Source: Dehalococcoidia bacterium (GTDB lineage: Bacteria > Chloroflexota > Dehalococcoidia > Lucifugimonadales > Australimonadaceae). From it: 64,000 bases of DNA. The stretch is from assembly GCA_965208625.1 (NCBI GenBank), contig OZ242348.1, forward strand, positions 1,309,567 to 1,373,566, read 5' to 3'. Made by a program: the position numbers and the translations under genes. The notes below the pieces were generated by a model. It ran no database searches. It worked only from the letters and a program-made list of their open reading frames with translations, and was not told the DNA's origin. Positions 54,973-63,382 of the stretch are shown here, in pieces (position 1 is the first letter of the stretch; every line of letters starts with the position of its first letter).

Positions 54973-57456
54973 CTACGACGAGCCCTGTCCCCGCTCGTGG
55001 CTCTGATGTATGCCCTCTATCGCCACGTCGAGCTCGGCCCACTGGCGCTCGACCATGGAGCGCAACCGCATGTTCTGGTACGCGCCCCAGACCACCATCG
55101 CTGGCAGCACCAGCAGCACGGAGACGACCAGGGAGTATACGATGGTGATGGTCGCCGTGATGCCGAACTGTTGAGAAGCAAGCAGCGGCGAGGCGATCAG
55201 CACTCCGAATCCCAGCGCGGTCGTCATCGCGGAACCCAGCAGCGCCGAACCCGTGGTCGCGAGCGTCCGTATCGCCGCACTCTCCGGGTTGCGCGAGCGG
55301 GTGAATTCCTCACGGTATCGATGGATCACGTGGATGGTGTAGTCCACGCCAATCCCTATCGAGAGCGCCGTGATGATCGACGTGACGAGTGAGTACGGGA
55401 TACCCAGCAGCGCCATCGTGCCCAGCACTGAGATCAGGACGAGCACGATGGGCCCGACCGCGACGACCGCCAGCGCCGGTTGGCGCGCCGTCAGCCAGAA
55501 GAAGACAGCGAGGACGGTGAGGGCCGCCGCGATAGTGGTGCTGATCGCCTCCGTCTGACGATCTGTGATCGCGTCCGTAACCCCGATCGAGACGACGGTC
55601 TCCGAAAGCACCGTGAGGGCGGAATCGTCTCCAGGCCAGAGCGCTTCAAGGTCGCCCTGCAGCATCTTGGTTGCTCCCGGATCGTTCGAGTAGGTTGGAA
55701 ACTGCAACAGGATGGTGTCGATGCCGTTCGGATCGTTGACCAGGCCGTGGGTGACTGCGGGTTCCCTCTCTCCGAGCTTGTCCAGGATCTCCTGCATCAA
55801 GGCCGGATCGAGCTGCACTCCCGAGGAAGCTTCGCCGAAGAGCGCCGCAAGCTCACGGTCGTAGTTGTCGCCGGGCTGCCCGCTGTCGGTGGTCCAATCG
55901 TTGAGGAGCGACTCGTACGACGCCAGGAGCGGCCCTGCTGCTGCATCCGGACGGCGCTGCTCGTCCTGGAACGCGACCCTGAGGTCTTGCAGGTTAAGGA
56001 GGGTGCGGGTCTCCGTAGCCTCGGCCTTCACCAGCACACTGGCCATCTCCGTCGAACCGCCGACGGTTGCGTCCAGCGTCTTCATGTCAGCCACGATGGT
56101 CCCGCCCCTGGGAAGAACGTCCCGGATGCTGAACTCCGACTTGAGGTCGGTAGCCGCGAATCCCAGCCCAACCGTGATTGCAACGACGACGATGATGTAC
56201 GGCGCCGGCTGACGCGTAACTCTCCTTCCGAGCACCTCTGCTAGCCGCGGGATGCCGGGCAGCGCATTCGAAAGTGGGCGAGGCTGCCGCAACGTGCCGC
56301 GTGCCTCGCGACGCCGGTCGAGGATGGTCCGCGCAGCGGGGACCAGCGTCAGCATCACGATCAGGCTCAACCCCACACCCATCCCTGCGACAACGCCGAA
56401 GTCTCCGATCACACCTATCGGCGAAAACAGGGTCGCCAACAGGCTCACAATCGTGGTGACTGCGGCGAGCATCAGCGGGACCGCGACGTTCCGCAGACCG
56501 ATCTGCACCGCTCGGGCGACGGGTTCGCCTTCGAGCCGCTGCTCCCGGTAGTGAGAGATTGCCTGGATCGCATAGTCCACCGTGAGGCCGATGATGATGA
56601 CGGGCACCATCGCAGTGAGCGAGCTGGGAGGGCCTATCACGCCGAGTCCGTCCGGGCCAAGCCAGCCCTCGGCGCCGACAACCCACATGATCACGACGAT
56701 CAGACCCAGCAGCGTCAGCAACATGTCCGACAGGGTGCGTGTGAAGAGCAGGAGCAGACCGGCGATCAGCAAGAGCGCCAGCCCGATCAGTGGCCCCATC
56801 CCCTCCTCAGTGGCTTTCTTGTAAGCATCCTCGATGACCGCCGACGACAGGCTGCTCACACGCGACGCACCCTCGTCCGCTGCAGCCAACTCGCTGATCC
56901 TCCGTTCGGCATCGTCAACGCGCTCGTCTCCCGTGTCGCGCAGGCGCACGATGGCAATCGCAACGAGCGTGCCGTCGGTGTCGGTGCCAGTCATCTCAGC
57001 GAGCGCCTCCCCTACTCCGGGGATGTCGCGTGCAGAGTCGATCTGTTCCTGCGTGACCGACTCGAAACTGTCCACTTGGAGCACGGCGCCGATCAGCGAC
57101 GAGGGTGCAACGACAGAGGTTCCAGGCGCCAACAATTCACTGACGCCCGGGGCCCGGACAATCTCATCGAGCAGGCTATCCATCTGGGAGAGGCCGCCGG
57201 GTGTGAGCGCCTCCCCGCGAAAGAGGAGTGTGACAACAATCACTTCGCCGGAGTCCCCGAACCGGTCATCTATCTCTTGTGTTGCCTCAGCGATGGGATG
57301 GCCAGGAGGGAGGAAGGCAACACTTGCGCCTTCCGTCGGCGGCAGACGTCTATCCGCCCCCGAAACCATTACGACGGTAACGATGAGGAGGACGAGGAGC
57401 GTGAACCACGGGCGAACCGTGACCAGCCAACTCAGCCTGCCGAGTATGTTGCTCAT
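54973..57456 (-). CDS. MMPL/RND-family lipid (sterol/hopanoid-type) transporter
   Basis: Two RND halves with GLTVDYAIQ and GIGVDYTIH motifs and two large extracytoplasmic loops. Confidence 0.88.
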   Translation of the reverse strand: MSNILGRLSWLVTVRPWFTLLVLLIVTVVMVSGADRRLPPTEGASVAFLPPGHPIAEATQEIDDRFGDSGEVIVVTLLFRGEALTPGGLSQMDSLLDEIVRAPGVSELLAPGTSVVAPSSLIGAVLQVDSFESVTQEQIDSARDIPGVGEALAEMTGTDTDGTLVAIAIVRLRDTGDERVDDAERRISELAAADEGASRVSSLSSAVIEDAYKKATEEGMGPLIGLALLLIAGLLLLFTRTLSDMLLTLLGLIVVIMWVVGAEGWLGPDGLGVIGPPSSLTAMVPVIIIGLTVDYAIQAISHYREQRLEGEPVARAVQIGLRNVAVPLMLAAVTTIVSLLATLFSPIGVIGDFGVVAGMGVGLSLIVMLTLVPAARTILDRRREARGTLRQPRPLSNALPGIPRLAEVLGRRVTRQPAPYIIVVVAITVGLGFAATDLKSEFSIRDVLPRGGTIVADMKTLDATVGGSTEMASVLVKAEATETRTLLNLQDLRVAFQDEQRRPDAAAGPLLASYESLLNDWTTDSGQPGDNYDRELAALFGEASSGVQLDPALMQEILDKLGEREPAVTHGLVNDPNGIDTILLQFPTYSNDPGATKMLQGDLEALWPGDDSALTVLSETVVSIGVTDAITDRQTEAISTTIAAALTVLAVFFWLTARQPALAVVAVGPIVLVLISVLGTMALLGIPYSLVTSIITALSIGIGVDYTIHVIHRYREEFTRSRNPESAAIRTLATTGSALLGSAMTTALGFGVLIASPLLASQQFGITATITIVYSLVVSVLLVLPAMVVWGAYQNMRLRSMVERQWAELDVAIEGIHQSHERGQGSS

Positions 57457-57508
57457 GGTATGTACCCCAGTGCTGCATGGTGGAGGTCGTCGAAGCCGGT
57501 TCGAGTGG

Positions 57509-58585
57509 TCATTCTACAGTCTCGCCAGATGTGACCGGGAGTGCCATATCAGGAGCGCACGGCTCGGGATAGAACTGGGTGCAGTAGGCGCGAAAGGTCA
57601 TGATCTCGCCGTCGGAGCGAGCGAGGCGTGGCAGGGAGCGGTACCGCTTGCGGCTCCAGATGATCACATCCCGGCGAACGTCCTGCTCCTGCTGCGGCGA
57701 GATGAACCTGTTCATCATCGGGGCGCGCCACCCAACCGGGAGGAACCCCAAGCCCGATATCCAGCGCTTCGGGTTGCGGATCTCCCGCACCTGCGAGGCC
57801 AGCGACAGATCGATAAGCGTGCCGTCGACAGGCGTCGCCAGCACCCACAGGCGCATATCCATGCCGATGGACTTCTCACGGATCTCCACGAACGAATATC
57901 CCAGCCCGAAGATATGAGTGTTGGTGGAGATGTCCAGGTTGAAGGGTAAGGCTCCGGCTATCTTGTAGTTGCGCCTGAAGTCGAAGTCGCTCCTGAGGTA
58001 AGCCCCGTCCACCGATACGTCCCCGGCGCGGTCCACGCTGCCGTACCCGTGGACGTAGCGCAGGTGGGCCAGGTCCACCGAGTTCTCCGTCGTCTCCTGG
58101 GGATGGCCGGGAAAGCGGAGGGTGCGTATCGAGATGGCGCTCCAGCCGGTCTGGTCTGCAAGGTCAGTGGGCAGGTGCCAATGAGCCGCCCGTCCCTCGA
58201 TCCCCCACCAGCCGAAGATGAGGCCGGCTATCTCCTGTGTCTCGAAGACGCGCAACCGCGCAGCCCTGGGCGGGGGAGCAAAGGGAGTGGCGACGCACTG
58301 GCCGGTTGCATCGTACTCGAAGCCGTGGAAGGGGCAGACGAGCCGACCGTCACGCACGCGCCCTCCGGCGTCGGGCCCCAGGTCGGAGCCGAGGTGCGGG
58401 CAGTAGGCCTCGGCAACGCAGACGCGCTCGTTCTCATCGCACCAAACAACGATGTTCTCCCCCATCCAGGTCTTCCAGATGAGCCTCGCCTTTTGCATGG
58501 CCTTGCGGCTTCCGATGAAGTACCAGCCCTCGGGAAACGGGGAAGGCAACGGGACGTTGTCTGGCTCTACTTGCCTGGTTGTCAT
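57509..58585 (-). CDS. Steroid-type Rieske oxygenase (Neverland/DAF-36 cholesterol 7-desaturase or KshA-like)
   Basis: PFPEGWY, AYCPHLG, CPFHG, ENSVDLAHLRYVH, and C-terminal DVIIWSRKRY..PRL...DGEI..FR.YC.QFY typical of the KshA/Neverland clade. Confidence 0.82.
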   Translation of the reverse strand: MTTRQVEPDNVPLPSPFPEGWYFIGSRKAMQKARLIWKTWMGENIVVWCDENERVCVAEAYCPHLGSDLGPDAGGRVRDGRLVCPFHGFEYDATGQCVATPFAPPPRAARLRVFETQEIAGLIFGWWGIEGRAAHWHLPTDLADQTGWSAISIRTLRFPGHPQETTENSVDLAHLRYVHGYGSVDRAGDVSVDGAYLRSDFDFRRNYKIAGALPFNLDISTNTHIFGLGYSFVEIREKSIGMDMRLWVLATPVDGTLIDLSLASQVREIRNPKRWISGLGFLPVGWRAPMMNRFISPQQEQDVRRDVIIWSRKRYRSLPRLARSDGEIMTFRAYCTQFYPEPCAPDMALPVTSGETVE

Positions 58586-58701
58586 CGAGCGGCACTCCCT
58601 GTCCGGACCGCTCGGTGTGGACAGTTCTCTCCAGCAGTCCGGACACTACTAGGATACGAGATTCGTTCCCGAATCCCACCCTCGTGCGCGCACCGGACAC
58701 T

Positions 58702-60198
58702 TCATGTTTCAGGCAGGGATGTTGGCCAGCGGCTGCCTTCAGGCGAAGCCTCCTCTTCGGCGTCTTCCACTCTCATCAACAGGGCCGGCAGGATGGCGAC
58801 CAGAGCAAGGAACCCCGAGATCATGAAGAGGTTCTGGAACACAGTCACTCCCGCTTCGATCAGGGGAGCCTCGGTCTCCTCGAACGTCGAGCCGATCGTC
58901 ACGTCAGCGGTCAAGCTGTAGAAGCGCTCGATACCCCAGGCGGACAAGGCCGCGAGCCCCAGCGCCATCCCCACCATGCGCGACGCGGTGATCAGTGACG
59001 CCGCCGCGCCCCAATAGTGACTGGGTGCTGCGCTCAACGCGCTGACGCCGATGGGCGGGATGACCAGCCCGAACCCCAGACCTGCCATGACCAGGGGCAT
59101 AGTCAGCCTGAGTTCCTCCACTTCCGTCTCCCAGCCGCTCATGAACAGCAGACCCGTTCCTATGAACGCAAGGCCGGTTATGCACACCGTCCTTACTCCC
59201 GTCCAGCGTAGGATGTAGCCGCCAACCACCGCCCCCACCGGAATAGCGGCCGTAAGGCGGACCAGGTGAAGGGCGCTCTCCCAGGCCCTCTTCTCCATGA
59301 CAGTGCCGGCCATGAGCGGCACAGCCACCAGCGAGATGATCAGGGCAACCCCCACCAGGAACTGGGTGATGTTGGAGGACAGGAACGCCCTGGACGTGTA
59401 CAGGAAGGATGCCAGTAGAGGCTGGACGGTGCGTCGCTCCAACAGGACCAGCAGGAGAACCAGGCCGACCCCCAGGGCTATCAGGACAAACGGGAAGAGG
59501 GACTCTCCGGAGAAGATGGCTCTCTGAGACAGGCCGATACTGAGAACGGTGAGGGCCGCCCCGAGCACAAGCGCTCCGAAGTAGTCCATCTTCGCAGCAG
59601 GATTGGCACGGTTCGGCAGGACGGCCAGGAGCGCTATCAGGAAGAGGCTCTGCGGTATGTCGAGCCAGAATATCCACCGCCAGCCCAGCAACTCGATGAT
59701 GGCTCCCCCATAGAGGGGCCCCAGCACCGACCCGGCTTCAGCCGAGGCTGCCACAAGTCCAATCGCCAGTCCCCTTTTCTCCGGCGATACAGCGGCCACA
59801 GCCATGGCGAGGCCTATGGGGACCGTGGCGCCGCCTCCGAAAGCCTGGACCACCCTAGCGGATACCACCCACTCGAAGTTTGGCGCAAGCGCCACGAACG
59901 CCGACCCGATGGAGAAGACGATCAGCGCTGCGTGGAACATCCTGACGCGGCCGTAGACGTCGGACAGACGCCCCGCCAGCGGCATCGCCACGGTGTAGCT
60001 GATCAGGTACCCCGTTACGATCCAGGACGCCCTGTCCAGGTCCGTAAGGGGGATCTCCAGGTCCACCATCACGGCAGGCAGGGCGGCGACCACCACTGTC
60101 TGGTCAAGGGCAGTCGAAAACACCCCCAGGCAGATGATCCCCAGCACAACCGACTGGGAAGATCTCAGCGATTGGAGGCGAGACCCGGCAGTGTTCAC
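58702..60198 (-). CDS. MFS transporter, 14-TM DHA2 type (P55/Rv1410c-like)
   Basis: LDQTVVVAALP, WIVTGYL.SY...MPL.GRLSDVYGR, GSVLGPLYG, WRWIFW. Confidence 0.85.
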   Translation of the reverse strand: MNTAGSRLQSLRSSQSVVLGIICLGVFSTALDQTVVVAALPAVMVDLEIPLTDLDRASWIVTGYLISYTVAMPLAGRLSDVYGRVRMFHAALIVFSIGSAFVALAPNFEWVVSARVVQAFGGGATVPIGLAMAVAAVSPEKRGLAIGLVAASAEAGSVLGPLYGGAIIELLGWRWIFWLDIPQSLFLIALLAVLPNRANPAAKMDYFGALVLGAALTVLSIGLSQRAIFSGESLFPFVLIALGVGLVLLLVLLERRTVQPLLASFLYTSRAFLSSNITQFLVGVALIISLVAVPLMAGTVMEKRAWESALHLVRLTAAIPVGAVVGGYILRWTGVRTVCITGLAFIGTGLLFMSGWETEVEELRLTMPLVMAGLGFGLVIPPIGVSALSAAPSHYWGAAASLITASRMVGMALGLAALSAWGIERFYSLTADVTIGSTFEETEAPLIEAGVTVFQNLFMISGFLALVAILPALLMRVEDAEEEASPEGSRWPTSLPET

Positions 60199-60947
60199 GA
60201 CCCTGAGGCTGTCTCTGGAAGTTGGATGTCGACAGGGGCGTTGATCTCACTGATGGTTACCAGCCGCGTCGTTTCCGGGGCGTCCTCGTCGTAGAGCCTG
60301 CCGTCTATCCTGAGCTGCCGCAGGTCATACGAGACCTCGTCGACCCAAACGGATAACGTGATCGCATGACCGGGGTCCACATCCGTGATGAGGCCCGACA
60401 TATCCTCGGAAACGATATCCCCATCTACACGGATAGCCTGGCCGCCTCCTACGGACTCCCGCCCGGTGATGGCGACGTTCTCGATGATGGGCAGTATCTC
60501 GCTCAACGTGACGCCTATCCCTCCGAAGTTGAAGGGGACCTGGTCCAGCGGCAGGGGAAGCCACAACGCGTCTGAGGAGAACTGTATGTACGCCTGCTCT
60601 CCCACCGCCAGCATGCCGACCTCCACGAATCCAAGGCCGGGGTTCACCAGCTCCACCACCATCCTGAAGCTGTCGGGTGTTTTGACCTCTCCTTCCACAC
60701 TCTTCAGGGCCATCTCGAAGAATTTCGCGCCCGATTCCGTCTCGTCGATCATCTGGAACTTCGCCGTCGACAGTGCAGCCAGCTGTTCCGCCGCACCGGA
60801 GAGCACCTCATCCACCGACAACTCGGGGGTCGGCGTGGGTTCTGACTCACACGCAGCTGCCAGGAAGAGGAACCCAAACGCCAGCACGGTGATCGAGATT
60901 CCGCGACCCACGGCCATTCGGATGGATGGAGCGAAAGCAATCATCAT
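60195..60947 (-). CDS. LppX/LprAFG-family lipoprotein
   Basis: Lipobox LAAAC, beta-sheet lipid-carrier pattern (EGEVKTPD, GRESVGG, VWVDE, INAPVDIQLP). ATGA-type overlap with the MFS gene. Start is approximate. Confidence 0.75.
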   Translation of the reverse strand: MMIAFAPSIRMAVGRGISITVLAFGFLFLAAACESEPTPTPELSVDEVLSGAAEQLAALSTAKFQMIDETESGAKFFEMALKSVEGEVKTPDSFRMVVELVNPGLGFVEVGMLAVGEQAYIQFSSDALWLPLPLDQVPFNFGGIGVTLSEILPIIENVAITGRESVGGGQAIRVDGDIVSEDMSGLITDVDPGHAITLSVWVDEVSYDLRQLRIDGRLYDEDAPETTRLVTISEINAPVDIQLPETASGS

Positions 60948-61006
60948 GTGAGGCACGGTACCACCCGCAAAAGACGCCGGGCAAGCACCCTCAGGAGCAT
61001 TCAGCG

Positions 61007-62389
61007 CTACGCCTTTCTGAACCGCCAGCCGTACATGATGCTCCCGTAGTAGTTGAACGACCGCCTCGCCGCAGGGTCGTCGAAGGGATAGTCGGCGCCC
61101 ATCTGTCTCGCAGTGGCGAGCCCGGAGACGAAGCAGGTCTCCTGGCTGTTGACCAGGGTGTGAGCACCGCAGTGCCACGTTCGGCTCTTGCCCTGGATGC
61201 AGCGGAACAGATTGACGAGCACTACGACGTGGCGCACGTCATGGACGATGTGCTGGAACCACCAGCGCTTCACAATCTTCCGCTCATCGATGGGACTGAT
61301 CGGGTTGTAGGTCACCAGGCACGGTTTGTCAGACCGGTTAGCCCATGGCTGCTGGTTGTGCATGATGTACGTGATCTCGTAGTTGTCCGGTCTCGCGCCG
61401 TACTGCTCGATGTGATTGCTCCGAGTGGTCAGGGCCTTCACCTCGTTGTCGGGAAGCACAGAGGAATCTGAGTGGACGACCGTGTGGTTGTGCAGTTCGC
61501 TCTCGTAACGTATCGAGGAGAGGATGTAGCGTTCGAGGAACGTGGGTTTGTCGAGGATCATCAGCGTCTGGTTCGCGTTGCATGCGAAGATCACGTCGTC
61601 GAACGCCTCCTGCACACCGTCGTGGTCCTCGACAACGACGCCATCCGTCTGCCGGTACACCTTGCGGACAGGTCGGCTCAGGTAGATCTTGTCCCGGAAG
61701 TCTGCCGACAGGTTCTCGTAGATGCGGCGCGTTCCCTGGTCCCACGTCTGCATGGGCGTAGCGGTCTCGATATCGAAGAACTCGAGATACCTCGAGAAGA
61801 GCGCCGCAGGCATATCGAAGACGTTCGTCGCCATCAGGAAGTTGACGAACATCGGCTTCAGTACCTTGTACCTGAAGTCTCCCGAGAACCCTCCCAGGTT
61901 CAATACCGTCCCCATGCTGACGTAGTTGAACGGGTTGAGCGCGTTCAGACACTTGGACTGCGTACGCGTCAGCCAGCCGAACCAGCGCAGACGCTTCAGC
62001 AGCCGTTGGAACTTCGCGATCTCTTGTTGCAGCTGTTCCCTGATGTCGGAATCGAAATCGTGGGCGTAGACCTGGTCGCCGTACTTCACGCTGTAGCTGA
62101 ACCTGGTATCGACCAGTTCGATGCCGAACTTCTGCATCAGCAACAGGATGTGGTCATATACGGATGGGATGCAGGCGGTGACGGAGATGTCGAACGGGAT
62201 CGAGCTCCCGTCATCCTGCGGCATATCGGCTGTGACCGCGTTGCCGCCGATCTGTGCCTGGGCCTCGAACAGCCGGAAGTCGAAGCGGTCCGGGTGATGG
62301 TGCAGCGCCCACGCGGCGCCCAGTCCTGAAACACCTCCACCCACGATGGCGATACGCCGCGGCGTTGTCCCTGTCACCCCGGTTGCCAT
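61007..62389 (-). CDS. FAD-dependent oxidoreductase (COG2907-like; lipid desaturase/amine oxidase superfamily)
   Basis: IAIVGGGVSG, FEAQAQIGGNA, FDDVIFAC, IQGKSRTWHCGA..NSQE..FVSG. Confidence 0.8.
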   Translation of the reverse strand: MATGVTGTTPRRIAIVGGGVSGLGAAWALHHHPDRFDFRLFEAQAQIGGNAVTADMPQDDGSSIPFDISVTACIPSVYDHILLLMQKFGIELVDTRFSYSVKYGDQVYAHDFDSDIREQLQQEIAKFQRLLKRLRWFGWLTRTQSKCLNALNPFNYVSMGTVLNLGGFSGDFRYKVLKPMFVNFLMATNVFDMPAALFSRYLEFFDIETATPMQTWDQGTRRIYENLSADFRDKIYLSRPVRKVYRQTDGVVVEDHDGVQEAFDDVIFACNANQTLMILDKPTFLERYILSSIRYESELHNHTVVHSDSSVLPDNEVKALTTRSNHIEQYGARPDNYEITYIMHNQQPWANRSDKPCLVTYNPISPIDERKIVKRWWFQHIVHDVRHVVVLVNLFRCIQGKSRTWHCGAHTLVNSQETCFVSGLATARQMGADYPFDDPAARRSFNYYGSIMYGWRFRKA

Positions 62390-62407
62390 GGCCTTCGTGC
62401 GGCTCGA

Positions 62408-63301
62408 CTAGCGTGTCCGGACGAACTTCTGGAGCCGCGCCCCCTGCAGGACCTCGGAGACATACATCGCACCCTGAGAGTCGACGTAGATCCCGTGTGG
62501 CGCCGTGAACTTCCCCGGGTCGTGGCTGGCCTCGCCTCCCCACCGCCAGAGCACGTTCCCCTGGAGATCGAGGATGCTCACCCGGGCGCCGAGCTCGGCC
62601 ACGTACATGACGTCCTCGTTATCGATGTAGATCTTGCAAGGCTGCAGGAAGCCCGGCCAGGTATCGAGGTGTTCACCGTTGGAAGTGAAGAGCTGGATGC
62701 GGTTGTTGGCCCGGTCGCATACGTAGACCCTGCCCTTGTGCTCCCAAACGGCGTGGACCAGATTGAACTGGCCGGGGCCGTTGCCCGGCTCGCCCCACGA
62801 GAACAGCAGCGTGCCGTCTGCGCTGTACTTGTGAACGCGGGAGTTGCGGTAGCCGTCCGAAACATAGAACTCCCCGTTGGGAGACAGGCCAACATTGGTT
62901 GGATGGTGGAACGGAGGCCCCGCATACTTCACGGTCGGGCTCTCCGCGGTGTAGCCCGTGTCGGAATGCTTCCCGCGATTCCCTAGAGTGAACACGTGCC
63001 GTCCATCCCCGGTGAACTTGAGCACGAGTTGGGAGCCCCGGTCGGTCAGGTAGACCATGTCGTCGGGGCCGATGCAGATGCCGTGGGCATCCTCGAAGAT
63101 ACCGTAGCCCCACGAGTGCAGCAGCCTCCCGGAGCTGTCATAGATCCGATAGGGCGGATTGGCGCTGCGGGTGAACACGTGGACACGGTCCTGCGAATCG
63201 ACCGCAACGTCGCCGACCAAGCCCCAGATCCAGTCCGGTTTGAACTCCCCCCAATCCGGGACCAGCTCATAGGTACGCTCGCCCGCATCGATGCTGACCA
63301 T
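62408..63301 (-). CDS. NHL-repeat beta-propeller (peptidyl-alpha-hydroxyglycine lyase-like)
   Basis: DVAVDSQDRV, HGICIG, YVSDGYRNSRV, YVCDRANNRIQ, PHGIYVDS. Confidence 0.85.
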   Translation of the reverse strand: MVSIDAGERTYELVPDWGEFKPDWIWGLVGDVAVDSQDRVHVFTRSANPPYRIYDSSGRLLHSWGYGIFEDAHGICIGPDDMVYLTDRGSQLVLKFTGDGRHVFTLGNRGKHSDTGYTAESPTVKYAGPPFHHPTNVGLSPNGEFYVSDGYRNSRVHKYSADGTLLFSWGEPGNGPGQFNLVHAVWEHKGRVYVCDRANNRIQLFTSNGEHLDTWPGFLQPCKIYIDNEDVMYVAELGARVSILDLQGNVLWRWGGEASHDPGKFTAPHGIYVDSQGAMYVSEVLQGARLQKFVRTR

Positions 63302-63382
63302 TGGCTCCTCCACCGGACCTGCTGCCGCGAGTATACGGGCTCCTCGACAGCTCCGATAAGTCGAGAGCCCCGCGTTGGCCGG

